NCBI RefSeq assembly: GCF_018350175.1
Contig: NC_058368.1
Span: forward strand, 204,664,001-204,728,000
Length of the DNA: 64,000 nt
Origin: Felis catus
Taxonomy: Eukaryota
Direction: 5' to 3'
The notes beneath the pieces are model-generated. The model saw only the letters and a list, made by a program, of their open reading frames with translations. It ran no database searches and was not told where the DNA came from. A program made the position numbers and the translations under genes. How positions within the stretch are numbered: the first letter of the stretch is position 1; each line of letters opens with the position of its first letter. Below, piece after piece: positions 48,641 through 63,050 of the stretch.

Positions 48641-49060
48641 ATGGTAGATTAAAAATGGCCAAAGATTCACTATAGCTCCTGCCCTCAGAGGGGGTTCTGT
48701 TTCTTCATCCCTTTTAATTTAGATTGGCCTTGTGACATTCCCTAAGAAGGGATGTTGTGAGATTTTGAGCCTAGTCCTCAGGAGGCTTTGCACATGAATC
48801 ACCCTGTTTTAGAGGCCATATGGAAGAGCCTCTCTAGTGGATAGCTCACCCAATGCCCAACAGGTGTGTCCATCCTAGACCATCCTGCCTCAGCCAAGCC
48901 ATCAGCCGACAATTGAGTGAATGAGCTTGGCTGAGATAAGCAGAAAAATTGCCCAGCTGGGCCCAGCCCCAGTGGCCAACACACCAACTTGCAAGCTAAT
49001 AAATTATTGTTGTTTTAAGCCACTAAGTTTTGGAGTGGTATTTAAGGCATCAAAGGCTGA
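48641..49060 (+). mobile_element. MLT1 (MaLR) LTR
   Basis: Diagnostic end aataaattattgttgttttaagccactaagttttggagtgg. Confidence 0.85.
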
Positions 49061-50404
49061 GGATATTGCTCTTACTTGAAACGTGAGAGAGTGTAGCATA
49101 TCTGCAATTGAGAGTGCAATTGGGAGTGTAACAAATCTGGCAATTGTTTTTCATTTACTGCCATTTTCCAGAAATGACCGTTTCAAATTAGATGAAAAGA
49201 TAGCTTTCCTAATCTGATGCAAACTGGGGGACAATTTAGGAGATTAAGGCATGAGATAATCAGAGCCTGGACCAAGGTAGTGGAAGTGAGGATACTAATA
49301 AGAGGATGCATTAATGGGTATTTCAGAGACTTTCAAGTCATATTCCTGAGCAGGGCTATGGATGACATTTTCATTTTACAAATATTTCCTCTGTCATGAA
49401 TAATTATAGATTTGTGTGCCAATGATTGTCCTGAGCAATCCCAATAATTGAAATTGCTGGAAAAATCCTAAGTTCTGCAATAATTTGGGTTTTCCCCTTC
49501 AAAGCACTGGTCATATGAGTGAAGACAATATTTCAAATAGGTTTGTGCATATGAAATTTCAAAGAAAGTTAAAATAATAGGAACAACAAAATATGAAAAC
49601 CTCATTTGAGAAAAAAAAAACACAGACTAGAACTCTTAAGTTCATTTCTCTGCATTTTGACTTTTGAGAGAAAGAGGTATATGGTAGGAATTTCAGTAGA
49701 AAATTGAAAACATGTTATATATTATTTTATGACCCTAAAATAATAAATATTGATTATAGACAATGCAGGAAATTATATTGAAGTAAAAACAAGAAAAATT
49801 TAAACACCCATCTTCCTACTTGCCAGAGATAACCATTATTAACATTTTGATGTATATACCATAAATCTTCCATCTAACATATACATACATACAAGTACTT
49901 GTGTACATGTATATGTGCATATTATATCAAATTTAGACCATACTGATTATACTGCTTTATATCCTCCATTATTCTCTTATTATGAACATTTCTTATCCCT
50001 TAAGAATATGAATTTTAGTAGTTGGGTATATTAAAATATATCTAAGTAATGTTGGGTAATAATGTTCTAACTTTTACAAAATACATGTGATAGACTTTTA
50101 GGTTCATCATTCTTTGTAGACTCTTTAAGACGAATTTTTCTGATTAGTCTTATAATTAAATTCGTAGAAGTGCAAATACTGGGTAAAGTTTACGAATGTT
50201 GTCAAGGTTCAAGATACATATTGCCAAACACCTATCTAGAAAAGTTGCACCAATTTGGACCTGCACCATTAGCCGCTAAGTATTGTCATAAATGACAATA
50301 ATTTATAAGACTTCCAGGATACACATGATCAGTAGATCACTTACATCTATATACATAGGGCAATATAATTTGAATTGAAATCCAGGGTAATGACCTTGAT
50401 ACTT

Positions 50405-50619
50405 AAAAAAAAATTTTTTTAACGTTTGTTTATTTTTGAGAGACAGAGAATGAGCAGGGGAAGAACAGAGTGAGGGAGACACAGAATCCGAAGCAGGCTC
50501 CAGGATCGGAGCTGTAAGCACCGAGTCCGATGCGGGGCTCAAGCCCACGAACTGTGAGATCATGACCTGAGCCTGAGCTGAAGTCAGTTGCTTAACCAAC
50601 TGAGCCACCCAGGCACCCC
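50405..50619 (-). mobile_element. CAN-SINE
   Basis: TSD taatgaccttgatactt. Confidence 0.95.
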
Positions 50620-51464
50620 TAATGACCTTGATACTTTATGAGAGACTAGAGAAGTGGACTCAGATACTTAGTAACATTTGACAGAAAGTATAATGAAGCA
50701 TTCTTCAAATTGGGCATTCTAGTTAACTAAGGGTTTACCCTTCTGCCATCTCATTTTTATAGTAAAACTGAAATCATCTAGAGATTGGTGTTCTGGTAAC
50801 TATAAGCGTCTTTCACCACTCTGAATATAGGCAGAATGAAGACAAGGAAAATAAAGTGTCTCTCTTGGTGAAAAAGAAACTTAGAGCAGAGAACAATCAT
50901 GAAAACACCCAAGAGCCAGAGGTAGCTTTCTTGACAATTACATACCGTACCTCTGATCAGTTATCTCCTGAACAGAAGGAACCCTACTGGTCTGACTCTG
51001 TCTTTAAAGTTCAGATTTTTTGAATGAGATTCAAGGCTGCTGTAGAATAAGCAGAGAAAGAGAAAAAATAGGAGTAGATGTAAAGTAGAGGGAAGACAAG
51101 TTTAAAACTGCTTGGGTGATCCTGGCTTCAAGGATATAGAGGAGAAAAGAAGTAGGAATATAAATGTCATATCAACGGTGTGGTAGCAGTCAAACCACAG
51201 AGGGAGGAGGAGGGGAGAGAGATAATGTTAATAGGCTTGCTCTTTTTATAGAGAGAAGGAAAAGTGGAAGGGATGGGGTCAAAAAGACCCTGGATAGAAG
51301 TTTGGGTTGAATAAAGCGATAGGAATTGTTTGTAATTTTGAAGTCAGAGTCACGTTTTCAGCACTTTCAGTTCTTTTCATTGATTCATTTCTATCTTTTC
51401 TCAAAAATAGCTGGTAATGCATTCCCGGGGAACATGTATCTGACCAGGATTCCTGAAAATAACT

Positions 51465-53005
51465 TATTTTATTTTTTTAACAGTTTTACTGAAATATAAC
51501 TGACATATAAAAATTATATATATTTAAGACATAGCACTTGATGTTTTAATATAGTATACCTTGTGGAATGATCACCACAATCAAGCTACTTAACATATCT
51601 ATTAGCTCTGAATAGTTACCATTTTGTATGTGGGAGTGGGAGGGTAGAGATTTAATTCAGGATATATCCTCTTAGCAAATGACAAGTATACAATACAGTA
51701 TTATTAACTATTATCACTATGTGGTACATTAGACCTCCAGAAATTATTCCTCTTACAAAACTGAACCTTTGTACCCTTTGACCTATATCACCCTGTTTCT
51801 CCCTCTCCCTAACCTCTTAGCCTCTGTGCTTTTGTGAGTTTGACTATTTTAGATTGCGTATATAAGTGAGATCATGCAGTTCTCTTTCTGTGTCTTATTT
51901 TGCTTAGTGTAATTTCTTCTAGCTCTATCCATGTTGATACAAATAGCAGGTTTTCTTTGTTTTTAAGGCTGAACAATATTCCTCTGTGTGTGTGTGCACG
52001 CGTGTGTGTGTGTCTGACATTTTCTTTAGCCATTCACCCATCAGCGGACACTTTGGTTGTTTTTCTATCTTGGTTACTGTGAATAATGCTGCGATGAATA
52101 TGGGAGTGCTGGTCTCTCCCTGTGATCCTGTTTTCATCTTTTCAATTCTAGAAATGGAACTGCTGGATCATATGGCAGTTCTATTTTTTTTTAAGTTTAT
52201 TTATTTTGAGAGACATCATGAGTGGGGGAGGGGCAGAGAAAGAGGGAGAGAGAGAATCCCAGGCAGACTCCGTGCTGTCAGCTGGAACTCATGAACCGTG
52301 AGATCATGACCTGAGCGGAAACCAAGAGTCAGAGGCTAACCAACTGAGCCACCCAGGTGCCCCGGCAGTTCTATTTTTAATATTGTTTTCCATAGTGGCT
52401 GCATCAATTTACATTCCCACCAACAAAGAACAAAGGTTTCTTTTCTCCACAACACTTGTCCTTTGTCTAATCGCCATCCTAGCAGGCGATAATCGCCATC
52501 CTAGCAGGTATGAGGTGGTATCTCATTGTGGTTTTGATTTTCATTTCCCTGATTATGGGATGATGAGAGTTTTTGTAAATACCTGTTAGCTATTTGAATT
52601 TCTTCTTTTGAGAAATATCTATTTAGGATTTTTGCTCATGTTTTTCTCCCACCAAATTTAATAAGTGTTTGTATGGGGAATCCACATAGTGGATGAAATT
52701 CCCCCTTTACCAATGTTTTAATTGGGTTATTAGTATTTTTGTTATTGAGTTGTATGAGTTCCTTATATATTTAGAGTATTAACTCCTTATTGGCTATATG
52801 GGTTGCAAATATTTATTCCCATTCTATAGGTTGCCCTTTCATTTTGTTGATCTTTTTCTTTGCTGTGCAGAAGCTTTTAATCTTGATACAATCCCATTTG
52901 TCTATTTCTGCTTTTGTTGCATGTGCTTTTGGTGTCCTGTTCAAAAAATTATTGCCAAGACCAATGTCAGGAAGGTTTTTCTCATGTTTTCTTCCAGGAG
53001 TCTTA
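51465..53005 (-). mobile_element. L1 (ORF2 C-terminus and 3'UTR, L1MA-like) with CAN-SINE at about 52185-52362
   Basis: Peptide TPKAHATKAEIDKWDCIKIKSFCTAKKKINKMKGQPIEWE; SINE TSD ggcagttctattttt. Confidence 0.92.
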
Positions 53006-53719
53006 ATAATTAGAGTTTTAATAATTAAAATTGTTATAAAACCCAGAATGAATATTTGAAATGGGCAGTAAAATAGATAAACATCTGATGAGTTCAATGA
53101 TGAAAAAGGAGAAAGAAAACACAAATATCAAATAAATAAGAAAGTATATATAACTGTAGCTGAATAAATTTGATAAAATTCATGACCAATTTCAAGATTT
53201 AGATAAAGTGCTGGAAAAGCATAGACAATAGACATTGACTAAGTGTTCAACAAAGTACAAGAAATTGAAAAATTTGTTAGCAATCTATTTCCATAAGTGC
53301 AATAGATCAAGGTCTATCAAAACTTTAAAGAAGTCCTTTGTGATTTAAATTATTCCAGAGAATAAAATAAAATTTCCCAATTTATTTTATCGATCAGCGT
53401 TATTTTAGGAACAGCATTCCTAAGATATAGAATATTCTGCTTAGAAAGAAAAGCAATGAAGACCTATACATTTTATTCCTCCAGCTGAAACCAGAACAGA
53501 GATCAAACGTTCCAGACAACGTTATCATGCTTATATTTAGACTGATGCTTTTTAACATACATAACTGTAATTCAATTAATATAGGTTGGTATATCTTTTT
53601 GAAATTAATAATTCATTTAGAAATTTCACATTTTTGTGTATACATTCACATTTGATTATTGTTATTGATAGGATAGTTGTAATTTTTCCAGTCTCAGTCT
53701 GAACAAATCCATACAATTT

Positions 53720-53939
53720 ATTTAATTTTTAAAAATTTTTAGGTTTTATTTATTTATTTTGAGAGAGAGAGAGAGCAAGCGAGCATGAGCAGGGGAGGGG
53801 CAGAGAGAGAGAATCCCAAGCAGGCTCCTTGCTATCACTGTGGAGCCCGATGCAGGGCTTGAACTCACGAACCATGAGATCATGGCCTGAGATGAAATCA
53901 AGAGTTGGATGCTTAACTGATGGAGCCACCCAGGCGCCC
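53720..53939 (-). mobile_element. CAN-SINE
   Basis: Head at 53939, CT tract and tail. Confidence 0.92.
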
Positions 53940-55791
53940 GAAGTCCACACAGTTTAAATGAGGAAAGAACACAGAACATTTAGTGCAAAGGCATGGATAC
54001 AGTATCAGACACTCTGGTTATGTGGCTCTAGGCAAGTTCATTAATTCTCTGTCTCAACTCCGATAGGAGTGTAATTCCTCCTTTATCTACCTCATAAGCA
54101 AGTAGAGAATTAACTTTATGTGAAGACACTTGGCTAAAGTGAGTAAACAAGTGCAATTAACGTCTATGTGTAAGGTGCTGTCATCTTAGCTTCGCCTTAA
54201 TATTTGGTTGTTTTAAAAATTTACACTTTTAGACTATAAAATCCTGTATACTTTTAGGACTATAACATTCAGTCATCTTGAAATCACTTGAAATATTCAA
54301 GTTAGTAATTACAAGACATGTATTGATCTATGCTGTCATTTCATTGCAATAAGAACTTACAAGTATAAAAATACAGGCAAAATATCATAAAAATATTCCC
54401 ATTTACTGTAGTTCAGGAGTTCTTGCCCATAGCACTGAATTACCTGGGATCAGCCATTGCTTTGGGTACTCACAGATACACACTGTCCAGATTTGGCAGT
54501 GTGGCCAAGGTATGTTGGTCATTCCATGGGCCAGATTAAGCTTTTCATCCTCCTCATCTGTGATTACATCTTACCTCTCAACTATATCAACGATGAAATG
54601 ACAGAAAGCATTTGAAATTCAAAAGCATCAAAAGCATTTGAAAAGAATCAAAAGCATTTGATTCAAAAGCATCCAAATTCCCTCACATACACCCAAACTA
54701 TCAAAATATTTATTTTCTTCACAATATTTAGCCGGGTCACCAACTTTTCTTTGATTTTTGTCACAAGCTGATTTCGTAAGAGTTATAATTCCTTCTGAAA
54801 CTCTTTCTTCTTGCTAAGTAGTGATGTGGGACACTTGGTAGGTGAAGAATTTACTGTGGTAAATTCAACCACATAAATTAAGATTATTCTTAAGAATTTA
54901 ACTTCTGGAAAGTTAATCAGAAAAAACATTTTATCATGTGCTTCAGTCAACTAAAATTGAACAGATGTAAACAACAAAAACACGCTTTGATCAATGCCCT
55001 TTGGCTGCCACCACCAGAGAAAACTGGCTGGATTCTGTTTTCTTCTAGACTGGTGGTCCGGGACCAGTAGCCCAAACTTGGCAAGTGGCGAATTCCTCTT
55101 TCCATATATTGACCCTAGTAATCATTTGCTCTTCCAAAAATGAATTCCTTCTGTAAATTTCAAAAGGTCAATTCAGAATGTAGTAAACTTAAAAGAAGTT
55201 GGGCATAGATGTTTGTTTAATACCAAAAGGCAATGAGGAAAATAAAGAAAAAACTGAAAATCTAGAATGAAAGATTCCCTTTTTTTCACTGAGGGAAAAG
55301 AATTCTAGTAGATAGTTTTGTCAAATGTCAGCCCAACCTATTTTCTCTGGAAATTTCAGCATCCCTGATTATGAAAAAAAATGAACCCTACACATTAACA
55401 CAGGGATGAATATGGAGATCTCACCCAGACTGGGCCAAGTTCATTTTCCTCCTGATACTTAAAATGGAAATTCAAACGTCATCAGTTATTCTTTTGAGTG
55501 GTTGGAAATGTGCTATCAGCTGCGGAGCTGTGTGGAGGCTGCCTTCTTCTAATTGCACTGGGGAACAGAAAATCAAGTTTTCAGGGGAGTGGGGAGAGAG
55601 AGAGAGAGAGAGCGAGCGAGCGCTGAGACTGAAACCAAAGGGTGGAACGAAGTTTCTTTCAGGACGTTGACACCTTTCCAATTTCTCATTTCGATTCATC
55701 ATGAGGCTCTTCATTCCTGTGCTTGGCTTTTATGAGACACCACTATGACTTCAGAGAGAAATCTTTTTAGCCAGCCTTTTGTTTCTGTTAC

Positions 55792-56031
55792 TTTTTTTTT
55801 TTAAGTTTATTTATTTATTTTTGAGAGAGAGAGAGAGAGAAAGCATACGTTTGCATGCACAGGGTGGGGGAGAGGCAGAGAGCAAGGGAGAGAGAGAGAG
55901 AATATCCCAGGCAAACTCCATGCTGTCAGCCAAGAGCCCAACGTGAGGCTCAAACTCATGAAACATGAGATCATGACCCAAGCCAAAACTAACAGTTGGA
56001 AGCTTAATGGACAGAGCCACCCGGGCATTCC
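55792..56031 (-). mobile_element. CAN-SINE inserted in a probable MLT1 relic
   Basis: TSD tttctgttactt. Confidence 0.88.
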
Positions 56032-56826
56032 TGATTTCTGTTACTTGTAGCCAAGAGTCTTAACTACAACAAAGGACCAATGAGGTAAGATAAGCGGCAA
56101 GGAAGTAAAAGATAATATGAAGACATCAAATATTAATTCGTGGCGTCAAGAAGGCAGAGAACAGTCTCAGGACTAAAATGTGTGTTAGAAAAAGGCCCTT
56201 TGCTTTTTCCCTGCTCCACATCACTCTGTGTTGTTCTTTAGCCTGGATGGTCTAAGAATATAAGAGATGGTTGATTTTGGGGGTTCAGTGGTCTGGGATA
56301 TGTCCAACTCTCCCTTTCAAAATTTAAAACTAGCTATTGCACCTTGAACCGTGACCACTAAAAATGCTTGATGGGATTCTTTGGATTTTGGAGACAACAT
56401 ACATTACGTTTGAGTGTGCTGCTCTGAAACATTTATTTAGTACCCCAGAAGGCTGCTGGGTTTCAGTGGGCCCAGAGTAAGAAAAGGCACTTTAGCAATT
56501 CCAGGATGTAGTATAAACAGCCCTCCCACTGGGAGTTATGAGACAGCAAATGCAACAACACTCAAAGTTTCTGTGGCAAACGGAGATGCTGAATGAAGTT
56601 TCTGAATAGTGCCAGTAGGAGAATCACAGTTTAGATCTCTAGGGTTTGGGGGTAAACCATGTCCTCCGTTGTCCTCTATTTTTTGAGAAATAGTTCTTGG
56701 TTTGATACTGGATCTCGGCAGAGTCTGAATCCTGACTATGGGACAACAAATGGCTGTGGAACTAGACTGCCAGTCACGAACCAGGTGTTAACTAGCTCAT
56801 CATGTTTTAAGGTTGGGAGTGTGTGT

Positions 56827-57011
56827 GGGGGGGTGCCTGGATGCCTCAGTCGGTTAGGCATCCCACTCGATTTCAGCTCAGGTCATGATCTCACAGTGGT
56901 GAGATCGAGCCCTGCATCAGGCTCTGTGTTCAGTGTGGAGCCTGCTTAAGATTGTCTCCCTCTGTATCTGCCCCTCTTCCACTCTTGTAACTTCTCTCTC
57001 AAAAATAAAAA
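56827..57011 (+). mobile_element. CAN-SINE
   Basis: Head, body, CT tract, aaaataaaaa tail. Confidence 0.88.
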
Positions 57012-58049
57012 TGGTTTGGGGGTGTGCAGCAGCAATCCGTCATCAAGTGGAAGTGGTCTAAAAGAGACTGGGTTCAGGCAGGCAAGTAATTTGGTTCAAA
57101 CTTGTACAACTTCTCTTCCTGCATGCTTCCTGTCTCTCAGGCTCTCAGACTTCACGCACACTCTACTCTCATGGCAATTTCTTATAGCCAGTTGACAAAG
57201 GAGGGGAGAATTCAGGTTTGGTGCAAATGGTTTTGCATGATATGCTAGCACTAACCACATTTATAGTCCTAATCCGGAACGTCCTAGAAAGACAATACTG
57301 GAGGAAAAATCCTTCCAATAGGCAGAAATGTGAGCAGTACATATGGCTGCCCCGTGTTTTCTTCAGCCTACACCAAAACCTTCTTCAAATGCCCCAGGCA
57401 GATTATTTCCTTCCTTGTGCTTTCATTATGTTCTCTGTATAGCACTAATACTGATTTATCACTGTGTCACAGCCATCTATCTGTTTGACCCCCCGTCTCA
57501 AGTGTGATCTTGAGGGCAGAACCTGTTTTGCACTTATATCCTCTTCGTCTAGAAAATCCTTGGTGCACCGTAGGTGCTCAGTAACTTTCCTCAAAACCTC
57601 TTTATGGTGTTGGCTCCTCGATGATTACCTGTGGCTATGCTTGTTCCTGGGGTCAGGGAGGCCTGACAGAAGCATTGTGGTTTAGTGAGAAGGCTGGCTC
57701 CGGAGACAGAGGGGCCATCCTTCTTCTGCCTCTCACTGGCACTGTGACCTTTCGCACACCGAGGAAGCTCCTGAAGCTCAATGTCTTTACCTTTCCACTG
57801 TGAAGGAAGATAACACTGACCCTGCACGGCCTCAGGAATTATTAGGGGTGGAGGTGGGGGTATGAGACAAACCAACCTTTGTGGTAGTAGGGCAGGGATT
57901 TTCTAAAAAAGTGAGATAATCACCCTTCGATGGTTTGAAGAAGGTTGGTTTGGAGGTTGTTTAGGAAGGAAGAGGTTGGGGATGTTCACGAGAGGTACCC
58001 TATTAAGTAACATGAGAGTAACCCTGTTTACTGTTTTCACATGTGTTCA

Positions 58050-58305
58050 CACGCGCCATAAAATAAAATTTTCTTGGTAATGTTATAATTCTGTCTAGTT
58101 AATCACAACCTTTAACATTTTTTTATACTATATCTTATTTCCCCCAGTATATCTAAAATATTATCATCTCAGCATGTAATCAAAATATAAATTTATTAAT
58201 GAGATATTTTAAGTTCTTCCTTATGTGGCTGTTTGTACTTAGAAATGCAGTGTGTATTTTATACTTCTAAGACACACGTGGCTACTATACTAAACAGCAC
58301 ACCTC
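58050..58305. mobile_element. MER33/MER3-like hAT-Charlie relic
   Basis: aaaatattatcatctcagcatgtaatcaa...attaatgagatatttt...gtggctact matches recalled MER33. Confidence 0.65.
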
Positions 58306-59094
58306 TGGATTATCTTCCCAGAACATTCGTTTAACAAACGGGAAAAGCAAGGTTCAGAGGGGGCAATGACGGGCTCCAGGGAATGCAGGCGGTCGTCTTT
58401 ATCCCACATTACTCTGCTGTGTAAAGTGTCCGCGGTCCTGTGCCACCTGCGGTGACTCCCAGAATGGCGCCAAACCCCGGCCCCCTAAGGAGAGGTGTTG
58501 CCCACACGTGGATCGGGCTTGAGGTGCACAGCCTCTTATTTAACCCACCAGCCTGTGATCATCTTCTGAGGGACTGTCAGCTGGAAGCACTGAGCTCACG
58601 GGCAGGGAGGGAATGCTTGGGGTCCACTGCTTCTCTCACTCCCCCGCATTCGGTGACTGAAAGGGAACCATGAATCACACGTTTCTGCACAGCCTAGTTT
58701 GGGAGTGCTTTTGGTAAATAAAGGGAGCAGAGAGTTTCAAGAAATTTGACCTTCCCCAATTCACTGCATCACTAGTACAAGGAAGGTCTATGGTCTGGTT
58801 CTGTTCAGTGGCCAGCAGCAAACTTGGAGCAAAGGGGAACGGCACAAGATGAAGTCACCATGGTCATACGGAAGACTCAGAAGCAGCATTTGCCAATCTC
58901 TGTTTTTCCCAGATATGAATCTAGATGATTATCCCTGAGGGCCCGGGAGGATGATGCTGTGTTATGTAAAGATTAGCAATACTGAATGTGAACTATTTGC
59001 TTGGATTCTCAAGTGCTCAGTAGTTGGCTGACTTTTGTTTCATTATGTACATCCAATCTGGACACAATTAGCATCTGGAAATTGGCGGGCACTG

Positions 59095-59333
59095 AATTTA
59101 GAGCATAGGCTCTGGAGCTAGAGTGCATGTGTTTGCATCCTGGTTCTAATATTTCTTAATTTTGTGACTTAGGTCAAATTCATTAAACTATGTCTGCCTC
59201 AGTTTCTACATCAGTACACTGGGAATAACAGAATTTACCTCATTGGATTGTTGTAAGGATTAAACTAAATTCATGGATGTAAAGTGCTTAGAACAGTGCC
59301 TGGCGCATGATAAGTGCTTAATGATTGTTAGCT
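59095..59333 (+). mobile_element. Near full-length MIR
   Basis: ggctctggagc...tgcctcagtttc...gttgtaaggattaaa...gtaaagtgcttagaacagtgcctggc. Confidence 0.9.
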
Positions 59334-59403
59334 AGAAATGTGGTCTACTCACTATTAAAACTGTCATCCATTAGATGGAATTAATTATAAAATTGTGTAG
59401 ACT

Positions 59404-59608
59404 CAGTGGCCTACTGGAGCCAGTTCACGCAGTCTCACGAGAGCCTATTGTACAATCTCTTCCCAATTTTGTGTTCAGTGATGAAACTGATAGCTTAAAA
59501 TCAGCCACATTGGGAGTATTTACACAATGGAAACTGGCAAATGTTACACCTCTGACCTCCCCTCTCTCCCCCAGAGGGATTGTTAAACATTTATTAACAT
59601 GCTGCTGG
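59404..59608 (+). mobile_element. MER63A-like hAT-Blackjack MITE
   Basis: cagtgg..ctggagcc...gggagtatttacac...ttgttaaacattta matches recalled MER63A. Confidence 0.75.
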
Positions 59609-62451
59609 TTGTGGTTATCAGAAAAAGAACACTTTATCTTTAGCAGGTGGTTCTTTGGATCCATGGAGATTATAAAACTATTTTCCATTTTCTCCAGACT
59701 ATGAATAGGATCAGAAACTCCCTCTTCCCTCATCAAGAAATGTTATCACCTCCCCTTTTTTAGAATACTGCACTAGTCAGAAGTTCTGTATTTTTGTCCT
59801 GGCTCTATCTCTTACTAGTTAGTTAACTCTGGGAAAATCTATTAGGTTTTCTGAGCCTTGGTCTTCTCTCCTGTAAAATGTTAAAAGTAATGTTTTGGGT
59901 TGTCTGCAACACATATTTGTTATGTTTAAATGAAATATTACATATGGAAGTGCTTTATGAAATAAAAATCCTATGCAAATAATTTTTATCATTTGGTACC
60001 ATTTTAAAAAAAAGCTAACAATACAAATCTTTCTACTTTGGCTTTCCCAATGGTACTATAATAAAAAATCCAAAGTGCATGCAAGTTCCTGACAAATTAT
60101 TTCATGCTTACAGAAAATATTGGTAAAATCTCTTAATGCCCACAGAACAATCATGTATAGATTCTTTTAAAAAAATCAGTAGAAAATTGCTTTTCTATAT
60201 ACCCTGCAAAGACTGTTTCCTGGGCCTATTGTGCAAAAGTTTATTATGTTTGAACTTCCATCTGGGTATTTTTTTCAAAACTCGGCAGATGGCAGTAAGG
60301 AATGAATTACTTTTGTTCAGGTAGTAACCGATACATATTGTTCTGGAGCTTTACAAAAGCAAAATATGCTCCTTCTCGTGAAGAGTGATATAAGCATTTC
60401 TGTGTTATAAACCTGAGTTGAGAGAAAACGAGGTGCACTGAGACTAAGAGTTTTGTTGATGTTGGTAAGTCTCACGTGTTAAGCATTCTCCTCCAGTCTT
60501 CCAGCCGAAGAGGTAGGAAATTCAACGTCTGTTTCCTCAAGGAGATAGAAAGTCCTTGGCACAGAGAGGACAACAAATGCTCTAAGACCTCCAAGCTCTT
60601 AGAAAATGTCATTCCATATATGAAAACAAGTAATGCATCTGAATTGTGAAAAATCTGTGGTTATTTTAAAGGTGTAGCTGCTTTGCCTTTTATATGAGAA
60701 GTGTTGCTGAGAAAGCAAGCTTAATGGCGTCACATAAAGATGCTTTGTTCAGATTCACATTCATCTGAAATTTATTATAACTTCATTTTGTGTTAGGCCT
60801 GTGAATTCTCAGAGCAGCTCTTCCCAAGTGTTAATAGATATAATAATGGGTGCTCTTTCGCCATTATATTTTTGGCTGTTAAATAAAGTAGGAAATGATG
60901 TGTTGAGTTTAAACAGGTGCGTGTGTGTGCATGCAGGTGTTTTGTAGAAGCTTTAAAATGTCAATAGGCACACTGGCTCTCCCAGAGGGAAGTGTAGTGT
61001 GAAGTGTTTTCCAAACTTATGTGACCACAGAAGTACTCATTTAAGAACATTGTAGACAACATTTATGCTCCAGGATACATGTGGGTACACCACCCATCTT
61101 ACATGGTTGTTAGGGGACCTAACAACCAGAGTGTTATAAACGCCATTAAAAATGGTTTCAAGAGGGGAATGATCACTTAATGTGACGGGAACTGGGGACT
61201 GCAAGAAGGAGGCATTTGAGTGGAGCCATGAGGGATCAGGGAAATTCCAACAGGTAGGTTTAGTAATTGGGAGGTTTTCGGGTGCAGGAAGAGGAATAGG
61301 CAAGGACATAGAGATGCTAATTGCCTAAGTTAATATAGTTGGCATAATACCCTTATTAGATTTCCAAAAGAACAGAGCTTGAATCTTAACCAAAGGTCAC
61401 ATTCTCATTCAGAAGCTGTACCCTTCATGCATAGCCTTCACATATTAAGCTAGCAAAGGAGACTGGGCAAATTGTGTAGATCTTGGATTCTAAACTAAAG
61501 CATTTGGATTTAAGTAATGTGCAATTTCCCCCCTATTTCTTACCCTAAGCAGAGAACACGAACATTTAGTATTTTAGTGTAAAACTGTGTAAATATGTAA
61601 CGGGAGCAGACTTTAGTGTTAGTAGGTCTGAGTAGAACCAATGAGAAGATTAAATACAGAAAAACACATGCGTGGCCATCTTCAACAGGACATTAATGTT
61701 CTGGCGTAGAAAGGGTTGTGCTCTTTCAACCCAAGGAAGTAAAGAGGTCTTCTTTTCCCTTCACCCCCGATACCTCGAAGCACCCCATAAGACTGAGAAG
61801 CCTGTAATACCACAAGGCCGAATTTTCTACAGCATCTGTAAGAAATAAATATTTCATGCTTAAAGTGGTGAGGTTTTCTTTGGTTTGTAATGTTAAGGCA
61901 GTGTGTGTTCCAATATCTTAGTGACAGAAGAGACGTGATTTTCTAAACCATATTTGCAAAGGAAGGAGTAGGGAAACCCTGAGGCTTCACCCATAGTTCT
62001 TTCAGGTAATAGCTGCTCAAAGGGCAGAGGCAGCAGGTAGAGAATTATTTCTGGATTGAACGCAAACCCTCTCGTGTCACGAAAAGTTGTGGCGGTTTGC
62101 ACTCAACTTGCTGCGGCAATAAATCATTGCTCCGTGGGCTTCACACCATCACTCCATCCTCACTTTTCATGGACCTGGTGCCTGCACGAGAGACTGTGAT
62201 TTATTAGTTAACCCACCTGAGCCTCTCTCTTGAGGAGGAATCTGCGCTTCATGGCTTTATTGCTCCTTCAGGCTCCGACACAACCTACCTACCGGGCATC
62301 CCCATGCGGGCCTGACTTATGTCCTTCCCATGATGACCAGTATCTAGTGTGACACACTTGTGCCAGTGTGTGCGTGGGACAGAAGGCCTGCCTTCCCTCC
62401 TCCTGGGCAACGTGCTCCAGCTAGAAGTGTAGCTTCAAGGCAATGCTCAAG

Positions 62452-63050
62452 TATGAGAGGGAAAAGCTAGGACAAAATAGGCAGAGAGGGAGAGGTTAGG
62501 ACCTGAGGTCTCCGAGTGGGGAAAAAATCACATATTTAGGAACAATGCTGGGAGCGTCTGACCACAGCAAAGCCCCTTGGGCTTAAGGTTCCTCTTAAGA
62601 ATGTAACAGACACCCACTACTCTCCCTGGGGTTCCCCTCAGGAATTTGACAAAAGACCTGACTAAACATAAGTAGACCATAAAACACATGACCCAGACCC
62701 AAGGAACAGTATGGCCATAGACCATCCCTCATACAATGATTGAGCCAATCAGGAATGGACAACCCAGCACCTAGAGTTATCAGTCAGTAAGGGTAGGACC
62801 TGAGAAGGAAGGAGGGGGAAGGGAGAGGGGTGCTGACCGGAACCTTCTAAAACAAAGACCCTTGCCTATCGTCCGTGGGCATTCACTTTCGAATGTCCGC
62901 TCTCTACAGACAGAGCTTTGCTACTATTTCTACTTTCTGGTCTTAGACTCTAATAAACTTTTACCCGTTGCTCATTTTATTTTGTGTCATTCTTCGAAGC
63001 GGCGAGACAACGGACCCGGGTATGGAGGTAAAATAACAAATCCTGCAACA
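62452..63050 (+). mobile_element. Solo ERV1-type LTR, about 600 bp
   Basis: 4-bp TSD CAAG; CCAAT 62745-62749; AATAAA 62952-62957; ends GCAACA; same family as 44499-45100. Confidence 0.88.

Noticed and set aside
4556..57011. tRNA-like A/B boxes and recurring short ORFs
   Set aside because: They are heads and bodies of tRNA-derived CAN-SINEs, not tRNA or protein genes. No rRNA or CRISPR array is present.
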